The notes: generated by a model from the letters alone, not told the origin. DNA of 64,000 nt from an uncultured Erysipelotrichaceae bacterium (GCA_902764545.1 CACWWC010000003.1:162-64161); one strand, 5' to 3'; positions 40,716 to 51,489 are shown, counted from the first letter of the stretch. Translations and numbers: made by a program.

Positions 40716-41363
40716 ATGTTTGAAAAATTTATAAATAGATTAAAAAATAAAAAACAAGAACTGAATGAAATTAGTAAAAGTCATTCAAGTAAAGAAGAAA
40801 AAGTTCAGTTTACTATAACTATTACCAATGCCAGTAATATGTATATTATGGTAATAAGCGACTATATTTTAATTGGAGATTACGATAGAAGAATAGATAA
40901 AATTGATAAATATGGTGTTGCAGATATGATAAGTAATAGTATTCTTTGGAATAATAGAAAACAAAAAGTAAATAAAGGAACATACTATGTTTTATCGCTA
41001 GATAATAGAATCTATAATGTATATATTAATGATTATGAAATAGCAGTAGATGAAAGGAATAAAATAGATGAAATAACAGAAGAAAGAGTCATTACATATA
41101 ATCAAAATACCATGAATTATAATTACTTTAGTGCAAAACATGACAAATATGGCAGTACATTTTATACAAAATACTATAGTAAACCACAACTTGATTTAGG
41201 GAAGCTTATTTTTTCGAAAGAAGAAGCTCACGAAGAAATAAATAATCTAATTGAAAGATTGTTTAATATAGAAGAAATAGCTAAACTAATAGATATAGAT
41301 ATATTAAAAAAACATATTCTAAATGATATTGGTAATGAGAGTTATCAAAAAAAGAAACAATAA
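40716..41363 (+). CDS. Hypothetical protein
   Basis: AAGGAG RBS, 215 aa, no motif recognised. Confidence 0.7.
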   Translation: MFEKFINRLKNKKQELNEISKSHSSKEEKVQFTITITNASNMYIMVISDYILIGDYDRRIDKIDKYGVADMISNSILWNNRKQKVNKGTYYVLSLDNRIYNVYINDYEIAVDERNKIDEITEERVITYNQNTMNYNYFSAKHDKYGSTFYTKYYSKPQLDLGKLIFSKEEAHEEINNLIERLFNIEEIAKLIDIDILKKHILNDIGNESYQKKKQ

Positions 41364-41400
41364 ATAGAAAGTTATAAAAACATGATAGGGGGGATACTAA

Positions 41401-41815
41401 ATGGCACTTTCTTTAGACGAAAATACAAAAAAGACTTATAAAAGAATCAGCTTACTATTATCCAGAAGGAAAAAATCGATATACAAAAGATGCTGCAATA
41501 GCATATGGAATAATCTCGAAACTATATAATAGAGATTATTTTCTAGATACATTATATTCTCTTGCCGAAATTGATTTAGATAAAGTAGATATACAAATAA
41601 ATGAAAAAATTAATCAAGACGCAAGAAGAGAATACTATCTTGAGGCACTTCAACATATTGAAGGCTTATTAAACTATTATAAAAGAGATAATCTAGAAGG
41701 ATATAACGATCAATTAAATCCAGGAGTTTTTGAAATACTATCAGTAACACTATTATAGTATCCAGAAGTAGAACAAAATATATTAAAAATAGATCAAAAG
41801 ATCTTATACATATAG
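41401..41815 (+). pseudogene. Degraded hypothetical gene
   Basis: Strong GGGGGG RBS + ATG; +1 shift at the A6 run 41427-41432 opens a long frame (RLIKESAYYYPEG...); in-frame TAG at 41756. Confidence 0.6.
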
Positions 41816-41854
41816 TATAATAAAAGTAAGATATGAAAATATAGGAGTGTAATA

Positions 41855-43171
41855 ATGAAAGATATACTACTAAATAATTTTTTAAGAATTTCAAAAATAC
41901 CTAGAAAGTCAGGTAATGAAGAAAAAATCGCCAATTTTTTTATAGAGGTTGCGAAGAAAAATAAGCTAGAATACAGAAGGGATAAACATAACAATGTTTT
42001 CATAAGAAAAAAAGGAAATATTCAATCACAATCAATAGCCTTACAAGCTCATTTAGATATGGTTTGCGTTAAAAAGAATAATAGTATGCACAACTTTGAA
42101 ACTGATGGAATTGAAGTAATAATAAATGGAGATGAAGTAACTGCCAAAGATACAACGCTTGGAGCAGATCAGGGTGTTGGATTAGCTATGATGTTAACAA
42201 TAATGGAAGATAATAATCTTAAACATCCAGATATAGAATTTATATTAACTACAGAAGAAGAAACTACATTTAATGGCGCTGACAACTTCTCATATGAAAT
42301 AATAAAGAGCAAAAGATTAATTAATTTGGATAATGACAAAGACGATACAGTGGTCATAGGATCAGATGGAGATATCCTTGAGGAGTTCTCATATGTCGGA
42401 GTTTTAGAGAGTAATAATTTACCATGTTACAAAGTTATACTAAAAAACCTTCCCGGAGGAAACTCTGGAAACAAACCTAATGAATCTAAAAATAATGCAA
42501 TAATAACAATGGTAGAACTATTAAATACAAAAAATATATATTTACATAGCATAAATGGAGGAACATATGAAAATGATATCGCAACCTCATGTGAAGTAAT
42601 TATTAGTACAAATGATGATTTAAGTTTTTTAAATACACATGAAAAGATTACAGTAGAAAAAACTGAATCAAATGAATGTTTTACTAAAGATGATACCAAG
42701 AAAATATTTGCACAAATAGAATCACTAGAGTCAGGTATAATTAATGAATATTCATCATCAGCCAACTTAGGAGTAATAAAAACTATAGATAATAAAGTAA
42801 CAATAGACTATATAATAAGAAGTTCAAATCAAGATAAGTTAAATGAATTTACTGATAAAATAGAAAAATTAAAATATGGCTTTAATTGTAAAAGAATATA
42901 TCAAGATAATATATGGAGTATTAATACAAACTCTATACTACTAAAAGCATATAAAGAATTATATAGAAAAATATATAATGAATATCCAAAAGAAAATATA
43001 TGTCATGGTGGAACAGAGTGTTCAACAATAAAAAATAATTTGCCCAATCTAGACATTATATCCATAGGTGCCAATATGGAATCTATTCATACAACAGACG
43101 AAGTTACATATATAAGTTCATGGCACAAGGTATACAACTTATTAATAAAACTTTTCGAAATAAAATATTAG
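41855..43171 (+). CDS. M20 peptidase, aminoacyl-histidine dipeptidase (PepD)-like
   Basis: KIPRKSGNE, LQAHLDMV, TTLGADQGVG, TEEE, INLD, CHGGTEC, IHTTDE. Confidence 0.88.
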   Translation: MKDILLNNFLRISKIPRKSGNEEKIANFFIEVAKKNKLEYRRDKHNNVFIRKKGNIQSQSIALQAHLDMVCVKKNNSMHNFETDGIEVIINGDEVTAKDTTLGADQGVGLAMMLTIMEDNNLKHPDIEFILTTEEETTFNGADNFSYEIIKSKRLINLDNDKDDTVVIGSDGDILEEFSYVGVLESNNLPCYKVILKNLPGGNSGNKPNESKNNAIITMVELLNTKNIYLHSINGGTYENDIATSCEVIISTNDDLSFLNTHEKITVEKTESNECFTKDDTKKIFAQIESLESGIINEYSSSANLGVIKTIDNKVTIDYIIRSSNQDKLNEFTDKIEKLKYGFNCKRIYQDNIWSINTNSILLKAYKELYRKIYNEYPKENICHGGTECSTIKNNLPNLDIISIGANMESIHTTDEVTYISSWHKVYNLLIKLFEIKY

Positions 43172-43187
43172 ATAGGAGATAAGAAAG

Positions 43188-43811
43188 ATGAAAGTATTAT
43201 TATTAAATGGAAGCCCAAAAGTAGATGGCTGCACTAAGAGAGCATTAAAAGAAGTAGCAGATATCCTAGAAAAGGAAAATATAGAAGCTGAAATTGTAGA
43301 TGTAGGAAGCAAAGACATAAGAGGATGTATTGCGTGCGGAAGTTGTGTTAAAAATGGCAAGTGTGTATTTAATGATATTGTAAACGAAATAGCTGAAAAA
43401 TTTGAGCATGCTGATGGAATTATAGTAGGCAGTCCTGTTTATTACGCAGGATCAAATGGTAGCATTATTACATTACTTGATAGACTTTTCTATAGTTCAA
43501 GCTTTGATAAAACAATGAAGGTAGGAGCAGCAGTACTATCATCTAGAAGAGCAGGCTCAACTTCAGCATTAGATGAAATATATAAATACTATGGTATAAG
43601 TAATATGCCAGTTGTAACAAGTTCATATTGGAATGAAGTCCATGGTTTTACAAAAGAAGATGTAGAAAAAGATAAAGAAGGATTGCAAACAATGCGCAAC
43701 TTAGGAAGAAATATGGCATTTATGATAAAATCAATTAATCTTGGTAAAGAGAAGTTTGGCTTACCAGAAAATGAGCATGATTATCATACAAACTTCTCAG
43801 ATGGGCTATAA
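43188..43811 (+). CDS. Flavodoxin-family iron-sulfur flavoprotein
   Basis: NGSPK..GCT, CIACGSC...C, GSPVYY, YWN.VHG. Confidence 0.9.
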   Translation: MKVLLLNGSPKVDGCTKRALKEVADILEKENIEAEIVDVGSKDIRGCIACGSCVKNGKCVFNDIVNEIAEKFEHADGIIVGSPVYYAGSNGSIITLLDRLFYSSSFDKTMKVGAAVLSSRRAGSTSALDEIYKYYGISNMPVVTSSYWNEVHGFTKEDVEKDKEGLQTMRNLGRNMAFMIKSINLGKEKFGLPENEHDYHTNFSDGL

Positions 43812-43822
43812 AGGAAAGCAAT

Positions 43823-44680
43823 ATGAATAATAAAGAAAAATATTTAGAAATAGTAAACAGTAGATTTGATGGTAAAGTAAAAGAAATTCTTACAAAACAA
43901 ATAAATTTATTTTATAAAAATGAAGAAGTGGATATAAATAGATATTTAAAAGGAGAAAAAGTTTATTTAGAAAAGGGTACATTTATACATGGAATATATG
44001 GCGGGTTAGAAAATTTTGATTTTACTATTGAGAATGGATTTATATCTGCAGATTTTACATCAGAAAAAAGAGCTAATAAAATATGTAATAGTGTTGGTAT
44101 GTGGAATATTCAAGAAGATATCTTTTTAAAAGATTACATAAATTTGTATAGCGGATTTACAATTACTTATTGCATAGGAAGAGGGCCAGAAAGCAAATCA
44201 AAAACTGAACTGATTCCATACCATAAATTTGATGAGTATACAGAAAACATAAATAATAATGAAGATGTCTGGGCATATTCAGGAGAACAAACTAAAGAAG
44301 TAAGGTTTATTCCGAGCCTTGTTTCTGAAAAAAGACAAATTGCCTTTATCTTAAATATGAAAAGCGATTATGCAAAAGAATTAGCATATAACGATATATG
44401 GAACATTAAATTTGATAAAGAAACTCTTAAACCATTTTTAGATTATCGATATATAGAACAGTTTATTAATCAAGATAGACTATACAAAAACGCAAGTACA
44501 ACAGATAGAGAATCGGCCATAATGTTTGGGTTACCAAAAACATTAATAGAGGGTGTATTTGTAGGAAGAAAAATAGAAAATGATAAAAAAGCTATTGAAT
44601 ATATAAAGAATAAATTGCCATCATGCTATATATGTAACTTAGATGGAGAAGTTATTGTAGGTAATAAATATAATATATAA
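43823..44680 (+). CDS. Hypothetical protein, possible ADP-ribosyltransferase-like fold
   Basis: FIHGI...ENGFIS...RESAIMFGLP..LIEGVFVG; the ORF is secure, the fold call is weak. Confidence 0.55.
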   Translation: MNNKEKYLEIVNSRFDGKVKEILTKQINLFYKNEEVDINRYLKGEKVYLEKGTFIHGIYGGLENFDFTIENGFISADFTSEKRANKICNSVGMWNIQEDIFLKDYINLYSGFTITYCIGRGPESKSKTELIPYHKFDEYTENINNNEDVWAYSGEQTKEVRFIPSLVSEKRQIAFILNMKSDYAKELAYNDIWNIKFDKETLKPFLDYRYIEQFINQDRLYKNASTTDRESAIMFGLPKTLIEGVFVGRKIENDKKAIEYIKNKLPSCYICNLDGEVIVGNKYNI

Positions 44681-44715
44681 TAAAAGATATATATAATTGA
44701 GAGAGGAAAGAAAAA

Positions 44716-45363
44716 ATGCAAGTAAAAATATGTGCCAATAAAAGTATAGAAGATGCTAAAAACTGCATAGAAGCCAATGCAGATATAATTGGAATACTAG
44801 TAGGGAAAAAACATCATAGTGATGACTTTGTTAATAAAGAGACAGCAAAAAAAATAGTAGACTATGTAAATAAACGATGCCCAGTAGCTTTAGTAACACA
44901 TTTGACGAAAGCAGAAGATATTATTGAACTAACAAATTATATAGGAAATGATATTATACAGCTTCATTCAAATATCGATGAAGAAGAAGTAGAAAAGATA
45001 GTAAAATCTCTTCCAAAAGTTAAATTAATTAGATTAATACACATATCAGATGATGGTAGAGTAATAACAGATTATAAGAAAATGAAATATATAGACTTCT
45101 ACTTATTAGATAGCTACAATTTAAAAACAAATCAAGTAGGAGGAACAGGAATCTCACATGACTGGCAAAAAAGTAAAGAATTAATTAAACTACTGGACAA
45201 ACCAACCTTTTTAGCAGGAGGGCTAAATCCAGACAATGTAAAAAAAGCAATTGAAATTGTAAATCCATATGGAGTCGATGTAAATAGTGGTTGTAAAAAT
45301 GAATTAGGGAAAAAGGACAAAAACAAAATAAAAAAATTTGTTGAAAATACAAAATCAAATTAA
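44716..45363 (+). CDS. trpF: Phosphoribosylanthranilate isomerase-family protein (orphan)
   Basis: VKIC, IQLH, LLDS..GGTG...DW, LAGGLNPDNV, PYGVDVNSG. Confidence 0.85.
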   Translation: MQVKICANKSIEDAKNCIEANADIIGILVGKKHHSDDFVNKETAKKIVDYVNKRCPVALVTHLTKAEDIIELTNYIGNDIIQLHSNIDEEEVEKIVKSLPKVKLIRLIHISDDGRVITDYKKMKYIDFYLLDSYNLKTNQVGGTGISHDWQKSKELIKLLDKPTFLAGGLNPDNVKKAIEIVNPYGVDVNSGCKNELGKKDKNKIKKFVENTKSN

Positions 45364-45412
45364 AATAAATAAGTACCTGTAAAAGGTGCTTTTCATATTA
45401 AGGAGTGATAAA

Positions 45413-46303
45413 ATGATTCTTAATGTAAGTGGCAGAACAGATATTGTAGCATTTTATACTGAATGGTTTATGAATCGTCTAAAAGATGGATATATCGATG
45501 TTAGAAATCCATTTAATCAAAACAGTATTAGTAGAATAATGATGGATGATGTAGATTTGATTTTTTTCTGTACGAAGAATCCAACTCCTATTGTTAAATA
45601 TATAAAAGATATTAATAAAAAAATATACTTCCACGTTACTTTAACTCCATACAAAAGAGATATTGAACCAAATCTTCCCCCTAAAACAGAAATAATAGAA
45701 TCAATCAAAAAAATATCAGAACTTATTGGACATGATAATATTGTGGTAAGATATGATCCAGTATTTATAAACAATAAATATACGATAGAGTATCACATAA
45801 AAGCATTTGAAAGAATATGCAAATTGCTAGAAGGGTATATAGATAAAATATTAATATCGTTTTTAGATGAATATAAAAATGTTATCAATAACAAAAAAAT
45901 ATTAAGATATAAAAAGTTAACAGAAAAAGACTATGAAACGATAGGCAAAAGTTTCTCCGAAAGCGCAAAAAAACATGGAATGATTGTTCATACCTGTTTT
46001 GAAGATCGAAATCTAGTTGAGTATGGTTTTTCAAAAGATGAATGTTTATCAAGAGAATTAGCGTTTAAATTGACCGGAAAAATATATAAAGAAGAGTGGA
46101 AAGCAAGAAAAGAAAGAAAATGTCACTGTATTAAAATGGTCGACATAGGAGCATATAATTCATGTAAACATTTTTGTAAATATTGTTATGCTAATTATGA
46201 TGAGAAACAAGTTAATGAAAATTATAATAACCATGACAAAAATTCATCTTTGCTTATAGGAAACTTAAAGGAAAGCGATAATATCAAAATAAGAAAAAAA
46301 TAA
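45413..46303 (+). CDS. DUF1848 family (radical-SAM-like)
   Basis: SGRTDIVAFY..WF.NR, RYDP, C.C...VDIGAYNSC.H.C.YCYA. Confidence 0.9.
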   Translation: MILNVSGRTDIVAFYTEWFMNRLKDGYIDVRNPFNQNSISRIMMDDVDLIFFCTKNPTPIVKYIKDINKKIYFHVTLTPYKRDIEPNLPPKTEIIESIKKISELIGHDNIVVRYDPVFINNKYTIEYHIKAFERICKLLEGYIDKILISFLDEYKNVINNKKILRYKKLTEKDYETIGKSFSESAKKHGMIVHTCFEDRNLVEYGFSKDECLSRELAFKLTGKIYKEEWKARKERKCHCIKMVDIGAYNSCKHFCKYCYANYDEKQVNENYNNHDKNSSLLIGNLKESDNIKIRKK

Positions 46304-46906
46304 TTATTCTTTGAACATATCAACGATATTTTTTATAACAATATCACTCATTACATTATAGTTCATATTTTCATGTTGATGATAAACAACTTCGTGACAT
46401 AAGTTATCAATCATCCCAATCATTATATGAACCTTTTCACTTAAATTTTTACTCTTGAAATTATTTTTAAGTAAAGTATTATGAATACTCTTAGTCATTT
46501 CCAGTTCCTTATCATAATAATACTTCGCAACATCATGATTAGAATGAATCATTGCAGTAATCTCCTCATGAGCAGTTTTAGACATTTTATGATTATTAAT
46601 ATATTTATCAATCATTTCTTTAAGTATTATATCGAAATTGCTAATATCAAAATTATCGTGTTCAATTTTTATCATTGGGAAAAATATATCATCCCCATAT
46701 TTTTTTAACCCTTCCATAAAAATATCATACTTATCTTTAAAGTATTGATAAACAATTCCCGTAGAAACACCGGCTTCCTTAGCTACTTGGGCAGTATTTG
46801 TATTATAATAACCATTTTTACATATAAGTTTAAAACCAGCCTCAATAATTAATTCTTTTTTCCTAATAGCCCTAACTTGTTTAGGATTTCTTACTTCATA
46901 TTCCAT
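46304..46906 (-). CDS. TetR family regulator
   Basis: P.Q.RA....IIEAG...TNTAQVAKEAGVSTGIVYQYFKDK. Confidence 0.92.
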   Translation of the reverse strand: MEYEVRNPKQVRAIRKKELIIEAGFKLICKNGYYNTNTAQVAKEAGVSTGIVYQYFKDKYDIFMEGLKKYGDDIFFPMIKIEHDNFDISNFDIILKEMIDKYINNHKMSKTAHEEITAMIHSNHDVAKYYYDKELEMTKSIHNTLLKNNFKSKNLSEKVHIMIGMIDNLCHEVVYHQHENMNYNVMSDIVIKNIVDMFKE

Positions 46907-46939
46907 AAATATACTACTCCTTTTCACACATTATACCAT

Positions 46940-47014
46940 ATATGAATTAAAATTCATATTATATTGACTATCAATTATAGATATAATATAATAAATGTGA
47001 AAAATAATTCATAT
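46940..47014. promoter_or_regulatory. Two TetR-type operators flanking the ABC promoter
   Basis: ATATGAATT-AA-AATTCATAT (46940-46959) and ATGTGAAAA-AT-AATTCATAT (46995-47014) around TTGACT-17-TATAAT. Confidence 0.7.
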
Positions 47015-47034
47015 TATGTAGAAGGAGTTATTAA

Positions 47035-47736
47035 ATGAAAAATTTTATTGAACTAAAAAAAGTAAAAAAAACGTATGTAATTGGAGAACAAAAATTTAAT
47101 GCGTTAGATGGTGTTGATTTAGAAATCAAAAAAGGAGAATTAGTTGTAATTTTAGGCCCTTCAGGCGCCGGAAAGTCAACTCTTTTAAATTTACTTGGCG
47201 GAATGGACAAAATAACATCCGGTAGTATTATGATTGATAATCAGGATATAGGAAAATATAATGATAAAGAATTAACTAAATATAGGGCCAATGACGTAGG
47301 ATTTATCTTCCAATTCTATAATATTATGCCTACCTTAACAGTAGATGAAAATGTTAATTTAATAAAAGATGTTACTAAAACTAATAAGGAATCAAAAGAA
47401 GTATTAAAAAAAGTAGGATTGTTAAAACATGCTGATAAATTTCCACAAGAATTATCAGGAGGAGAACAACAGAGAGTTTCAATTGCCAGAGCTATTATGA
47501 AAAATCCAAAATTATTACTATGTGATGAGCCAACAGGAGCACTTGATTCTAAAACAGGAGTAGAAGTACTAAAATTATTAAGACAACAGTCAGATGAGGA
47601 TACAACAGTCATTATTGTTACGCATAACTCTTTAATTGCTGAAATTGCTGATCGAGTTATAAAAATTAAAAATGGTAAAGTAGAAGAAAACAAATTAAAT
47701 AGCCATCCAAAAAAAATCGATGAGGTTAAGTGGTAA
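47035..47736 (+). CDS. ABC transporter ATP-binding protein (LolD/MacB type)
   Basis: GPSGAGKS, LSGGEQQRV, LLCDEPTGALD. Confidence 0.95.
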   Translation: MKNFIELKKVKKTYVIGEQKFNALDGVDLEIKKGELVVILGPSGAGKSTLLNLLGGMDKITSGSIMIDNQDIGKYNDKELTKYRANDVGFIFQFYNIMPTLTVDENVNLIKDVTKTNKESKEVLKKVGLLKHADKFPQELSGGEQQRVSIARAIMKNPKLLLCDEPTGALDSKTGVEVLKLLRQQSDEDTTVIIVTHNSLIAEIADRVIKIKNGKVEENKLNSHPKKIDEVKW

Positions 47737-47737
47737 T

Positions 47738-50110
47738 ATGTTAAACAAGAAGATGTTTAGAGATATAAAAAACAACTTATCTCAATTTATTACTATATTC
47801 TTAATGATTTTAATCGGTGTCATGGCATACTCTGGAATTGAGGCATATATGGGTGGTATGCAAAAAACAAAAGATAAATTCTACTCTGAAAATAATATTC
47901 AAGACTTAAATGTAATTGGAGCTAATTTTACAGTAGATGATTTAAAAACGATTAAAAATATCGATAATGTCAATGGCGCTGAAAGAAAACTCTCAGTAAC
48001 TGCTACTACAGATAATGATAAAACACTTCTTTTAAATTTCATAGAATCAAATAATATTTCAAAATTTTATGTATTTAAAGGAGAAAAATTCGACCCTAAC
48101 AAATCAGGTATTTGGCTAGATAATTTCTATGCTATAGAAAATGATATTAATGTAGGAGATACAATATTAGTAAAGTATGAGGATTTAGAATTAAAAGAAA
48201 AAGTTTTAGGGCTTATTAATGTACCTGATCATCTATATGATGTAAGAGATGAATCTGAACTATATCCAGATCGAAAAGAATTTGGTTTTGCTTATGTAAG
48301 TATCAATGAAATAAAAGAAGATTATATCAAAAAAAGAGCAATGAAAGAAATGAATATTACCGATGAAAATATATTTGATATGTACGTAAAAGACTTTAAC
48401 TATAAAGATTATTTAATATTTAATTCAGTAATGGTGGATATTAAAACTAAAGAAAAAAGAGACAAAGTAAAAGAAGATATCGAAGATAAGGTAGAAAATG
48501 CAAAAGCTATTATAAATATTGAAGATACATCTTCATACGTAACTTATCAAGGCGAAATAGATGAGGGAAAAACATATGTAGGAGTATTTTCAGGATTATT
48601 TCTATTTATTGCGATGCTATCAGTTATAACTACCATGACTAGAGTTGTAAAAAAGCAAAGGCAGCAAATAGGTACATTAAAAGCTTTAGGGTTTAATAAT
48701 AGAAAAATTCTATTTCATTATATAGGATATGGTTTTTGGATAGCAGTAATAGCATCTATATTAGGTCTATTATTAGGATATATTTTCATAGGAAGAGTAT
48801 TTATTAGTCTAGAAATGGCATTCTTTGAAATACCAAATGGAAAACCAGCTATGGCTACAAGTAGCTACATAGTTGCACTAGGAGTAGTCTTAATAGTTGC
48901 CTTGATAACATATATAACAGGTAGAAGCATCTTAAAAGAAAATCCAGCAGAAACATTGCGCAATAAAATACCAAATGTTAAAAGTCGCAGTATTAACTTT
49001 ACTAAAAAAAGCATATTCAAAAAATTGAAATTTGAATCTATATGGAATCTGAGAGATATCTTAAGAAATAAAATGCGTACACTCATGGGCATTGCAGGTG
49101 TAGTAGGATGTTGTATGTTAATAGTTTGTGCATTAGGTATGTTAGATTCAATGAACTTTTTTGTAGATTTACAATTTTCTACTTTATATAATTTTAATTA
49201 TAAATTAAATCTTAATAATAATATAGATAATAATCAATTAGATGAGCTATATAAAAAATATGGTTCTCATACATCACAAACAATTGGTATAGAGATTAAA
49301 AATAAAAAAGGGAAAAGAGAATCAAATAATATTTTTGTAACAGATGCCAAGAACTATGTTAGATTTGTAGATAGAAAAAATAATATAATTTCACCACCTA
49401 AAGATAATGGAGTCTTTATCACAAAAAAATTATCAGAGACTAAAGGCTATAAATTAGGTGATACAATAACATGGCATATCTATGGAAATAATAAATACTA
49501 CACATCAAAAATTATTGGTTTTAATAAAGATCCTCAAAATCAAAATGTTACAATGACTAGAAAGTATTTAGAAAGCTTAGGCATTAATTATAAGCCAGAT
49601 TCTTTATATACAAATATTGATTTAAATAAAGAAAAAGAAATAGATAACGTAGAGACAATTCAAGACATTGAAAGTTTAAAAGAAGATATGACTAATATGT
49701 TATCTATGATGAAAACTATGTTAGTACTAATCATAGGCTTTGCTATACTTTTAGGTACAATAATTATATATAATCTTGGAATACTATCATATACAGAGAA
49801 ACAATACCAATTTGCAACTTTAAAAGTATTAGGGTTTGATAATAAAAAAATTACAAAAATCTTTATCAAACAAAACAATTGGATTGCAATAATATCAATA
49901 ATCATGGGGTTACCACTCGGTTATTATTTAACTGATTGGTTATTTAAAACAGCAATAGAAGAGCATTATGATTTTGGTGCAAGTATTAAATTCAAGACTT
50001 ACGTTATTGCGGCAATATCAACGTTTATAGTATCATACTTAGTATCAAAATTATTATCAAAGAAGATTAAAAATATTGATATGGTATCAAGTTTAAAAGG
50101 AAATGAATAA
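47738..50110 (+). CDS. FtsX/MacB-like ABC permease
   Basis: Two 'IGTLKALGF / FATLKVLGF' FtsX segments; C-terminal DMVSSLK..E. Confidence 0.9.
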   Translation: MLNKKMFRDIKNNLSQFITIFLMILIGVMAYSGIEAYMGGMQKTKDKFYSENNIQDLNVIGANFTVDDLKTIKNIDNVNGAERKLSVTATTDNDKTLLLNFIESNNISKFYVFKGEKFDPNKSGIWLDNFYAIENDINVGDTILVKYEDLELKEKVLGLINVPDHLYDVRDESELYPDRKEFGFAYVSINEIKEDYIKKRAMKEMNITDENIFDMYVKDFNYKDYLIFNSVMVDIKTKEKRDKVKEDIEDKVENAKAIINIEDTSSYVTYQGEIDEGKTYVGVFSGLFLFIAMLSVITTMTRVVKKQRQQIGTLKALGFNNRKILFHYIGYGFWIAVIASILGLLLGYIFIGRVFISLEMAFFEIPNGKPAMATSSYIVALGVVLIVALITYITGRSILKENPAETLRNKIPNVKSRSINFTKKSIFKKLKFESIWNLRDILRNKMRTLMGIAGVVGCCMLIVCALGMLDSMNFFVDLQFSTLYNFNYKLNLNNNIDNNQLDELYKKYGSHTSQTIGIEIKNKKGKRESNNIFVTDAKNYVRFVDRKNNIISPPKDNGVFITKKLSETKGYKLGDTITWHIYGNNKYYTSKIIGFNKDPQNQNVTMTRKYLESLGINYKPDSLYTNIDLNKEKEIDNVETIQDIESLKEDMTNMLSMMKTMLVLIIGFAILLGTIIIYNLGILSYTEKQYQFATLKVLGFDNKKITKIFIKQNNWIAIISIIMGLPLGYYLTDWLFKTAIEEHYDFGASIKFKTYVIAAISTFIVSYLVSKLLSKKIKNIDMVSSLKGNE

Positions 50111-50133
50111 AAGAACTGTAATGGTTCTTTTTT
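50109..50133 (+). terminator. Intrinsic terminator
   Basis: AAAAGAACT-loop-GGTTCTTTT followed by T-run. Confidence 0.65.
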
Positions 50134-50164
50134 TGATATAATATAGAAAAGGAGAGAACAATAT

Positions 50165-50911
50165 ATGAAAAAAGTAAAAATTTTATGGAGTGGTATAACA
50201 GGAAGAACTGCAACTCATGCAAAAGAAATAATAAAAGAATGCCCATATGCAGAAATAGTTGCAGGAGTATGTAGAAATAATTTGGAATATTATCATTATG
50301 ATGAATTGGATAAAATAAATGAAGAGTTTGATGTAATAGTAGATTTTTCCAATCCTAAACAATTTGATAAAATGATAAAATTTGCTATTGAAAATAATAA
50401 GCCAATAATACTTGGAACTGCAGGATTGACGGATGAACAAGTGAAAAAATATGAAGATGCTGCTAAGATTATTCCTGTATTTCGAGGAGGAAACTTTAGA
50501 AGCAAAGTCAAAGTATTTATTGATAAAGTATTAGAATATGTAAAGTCATGTGATAAAGACGAATTTGAAATAGTGGAAACACACTATAAAGGGAAAAAAG
50601 TGCCAAGTGAAACAGCAAAAGTAATTGCTAAGAGAATAAAAGATGAAACAGGTAAAAAATCAAGCATAAAATCATATTGTATCTATGATGATTTAATTAA
50701 TGATTGGAGAGTAGATGACTTATCATGTAGAGTAGAAAGTTTTTATGAATTGGCTGAAGATATACTTGACATTGCACTTGTAATGAAATATCAAACATCA
50801 ACACAATTATATGACTTAGATGGTTTATACCGTGAAAATAACATAACAAACCTTCATGAATATGCAATCAAATATGCCGAAGAAGATGATAAAATCAATA
50901 AAAAAATGTAG
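50165..50911 (+). CDS. Divergent dihydrodipicolinate reductase (DapB)-like protein
   Basis: GITGRT, DVIVDFSNP, GTAG, GNF, IVETHYKGKKVPSETA (degenerate EAHH.K.DAPSGTA). Confidence 0.7.
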   Translation: MKKVKILWSGITGRTATHAKEIIKECPYAEIVAGVCRNNLEYYHYDELDKINEEFDVIVDFSNPKQFDKMIKFAIENNKPIILGTAGLTDEQVKKYEDAAKIIPVFRGGNFRSKVKVFIDKVLEYVKSCDKDEFEIVETHYKGKKVPSETAKVIAKRIKDETGKKSSIKSYCIYDDLINDWRVDDLSCRVESFYELAEDILDIALVMKYQTSTQLYDLDGLYRENNITNLHEYAIKYAEEDDKINKKM

Positions 50912-50976
50912 AAATATAGTATCTATAATATATTTTAAATATATATAAACATGGTAAAATAATAGTAGGTGATAGT

Positions 50977-51489
50977 ATGCAAGAAAAAAATAAGTATCTT
51001 GAATTTATGCAACTTTTTGTAATTGGAGGAATATTAGGTTTTATATATGAGGAACTATTTTATTTGATAGATTTGGGAAAAATAGTTAAAAGAGGAATAA
51101 CATATGGACCTTGGATCCCAATTTATGCCTTTGGTTCAATATTCATTATCCTAATTTGCATTAAGCACAAAGATAAACCCCTTATAGTTCTTACACTTGG
51201 TGGGGCAATATCAGGATTAATTGAGTTCATATCAGGATACATATTACATCATGTATTTCATTTAAGATTATGGGATTATAATCATGAAATATTAAACTTT
51301 GGAAACATTGGCGGCTATATATGTCTAAGAAGTGTATTATTATTTTCGATATGTAGTTTATTACTAGTTTATATAATTTGGCCAATCTTAAATAAAATTA
51401 ATGCAAAAAAAATCAAATATTTCGACATCATAACTATTATCATATTTATTATATTTATATTAGATATTATAATAAGCTGTATATTTTAG
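50977..51489 (+). CDS. Membrane protein, putative ABC permease (CmpB/DUF1113-like)
   Basis: G.LG.IYE...RG..GPW.PIY, E..SG, LWDY, N..GYIC. Confidence 0.8.
   Translation: MQEKNKYLEFMQLFVIGGILGFIYEELFYLIDLGKIVKRGITYGPWIPIYAFGSIFIILICIKHKDKPLIVLTLGGAISGLIEFISGYILHHVFHLRLWDYNHEILNFGNIGGYICLRSVLLFSICSLLLVYIIWPILNKINAKKIKYFDIITIIIFIIFILDIIISCIF

Noticed and set aside
41610-42003. Minus-strand hydrophobic ORFs
   Set aside because: Shadows of the plus-strand pseudogene and the peptidase gene; the same applies to most short antisense ORFs in the track.
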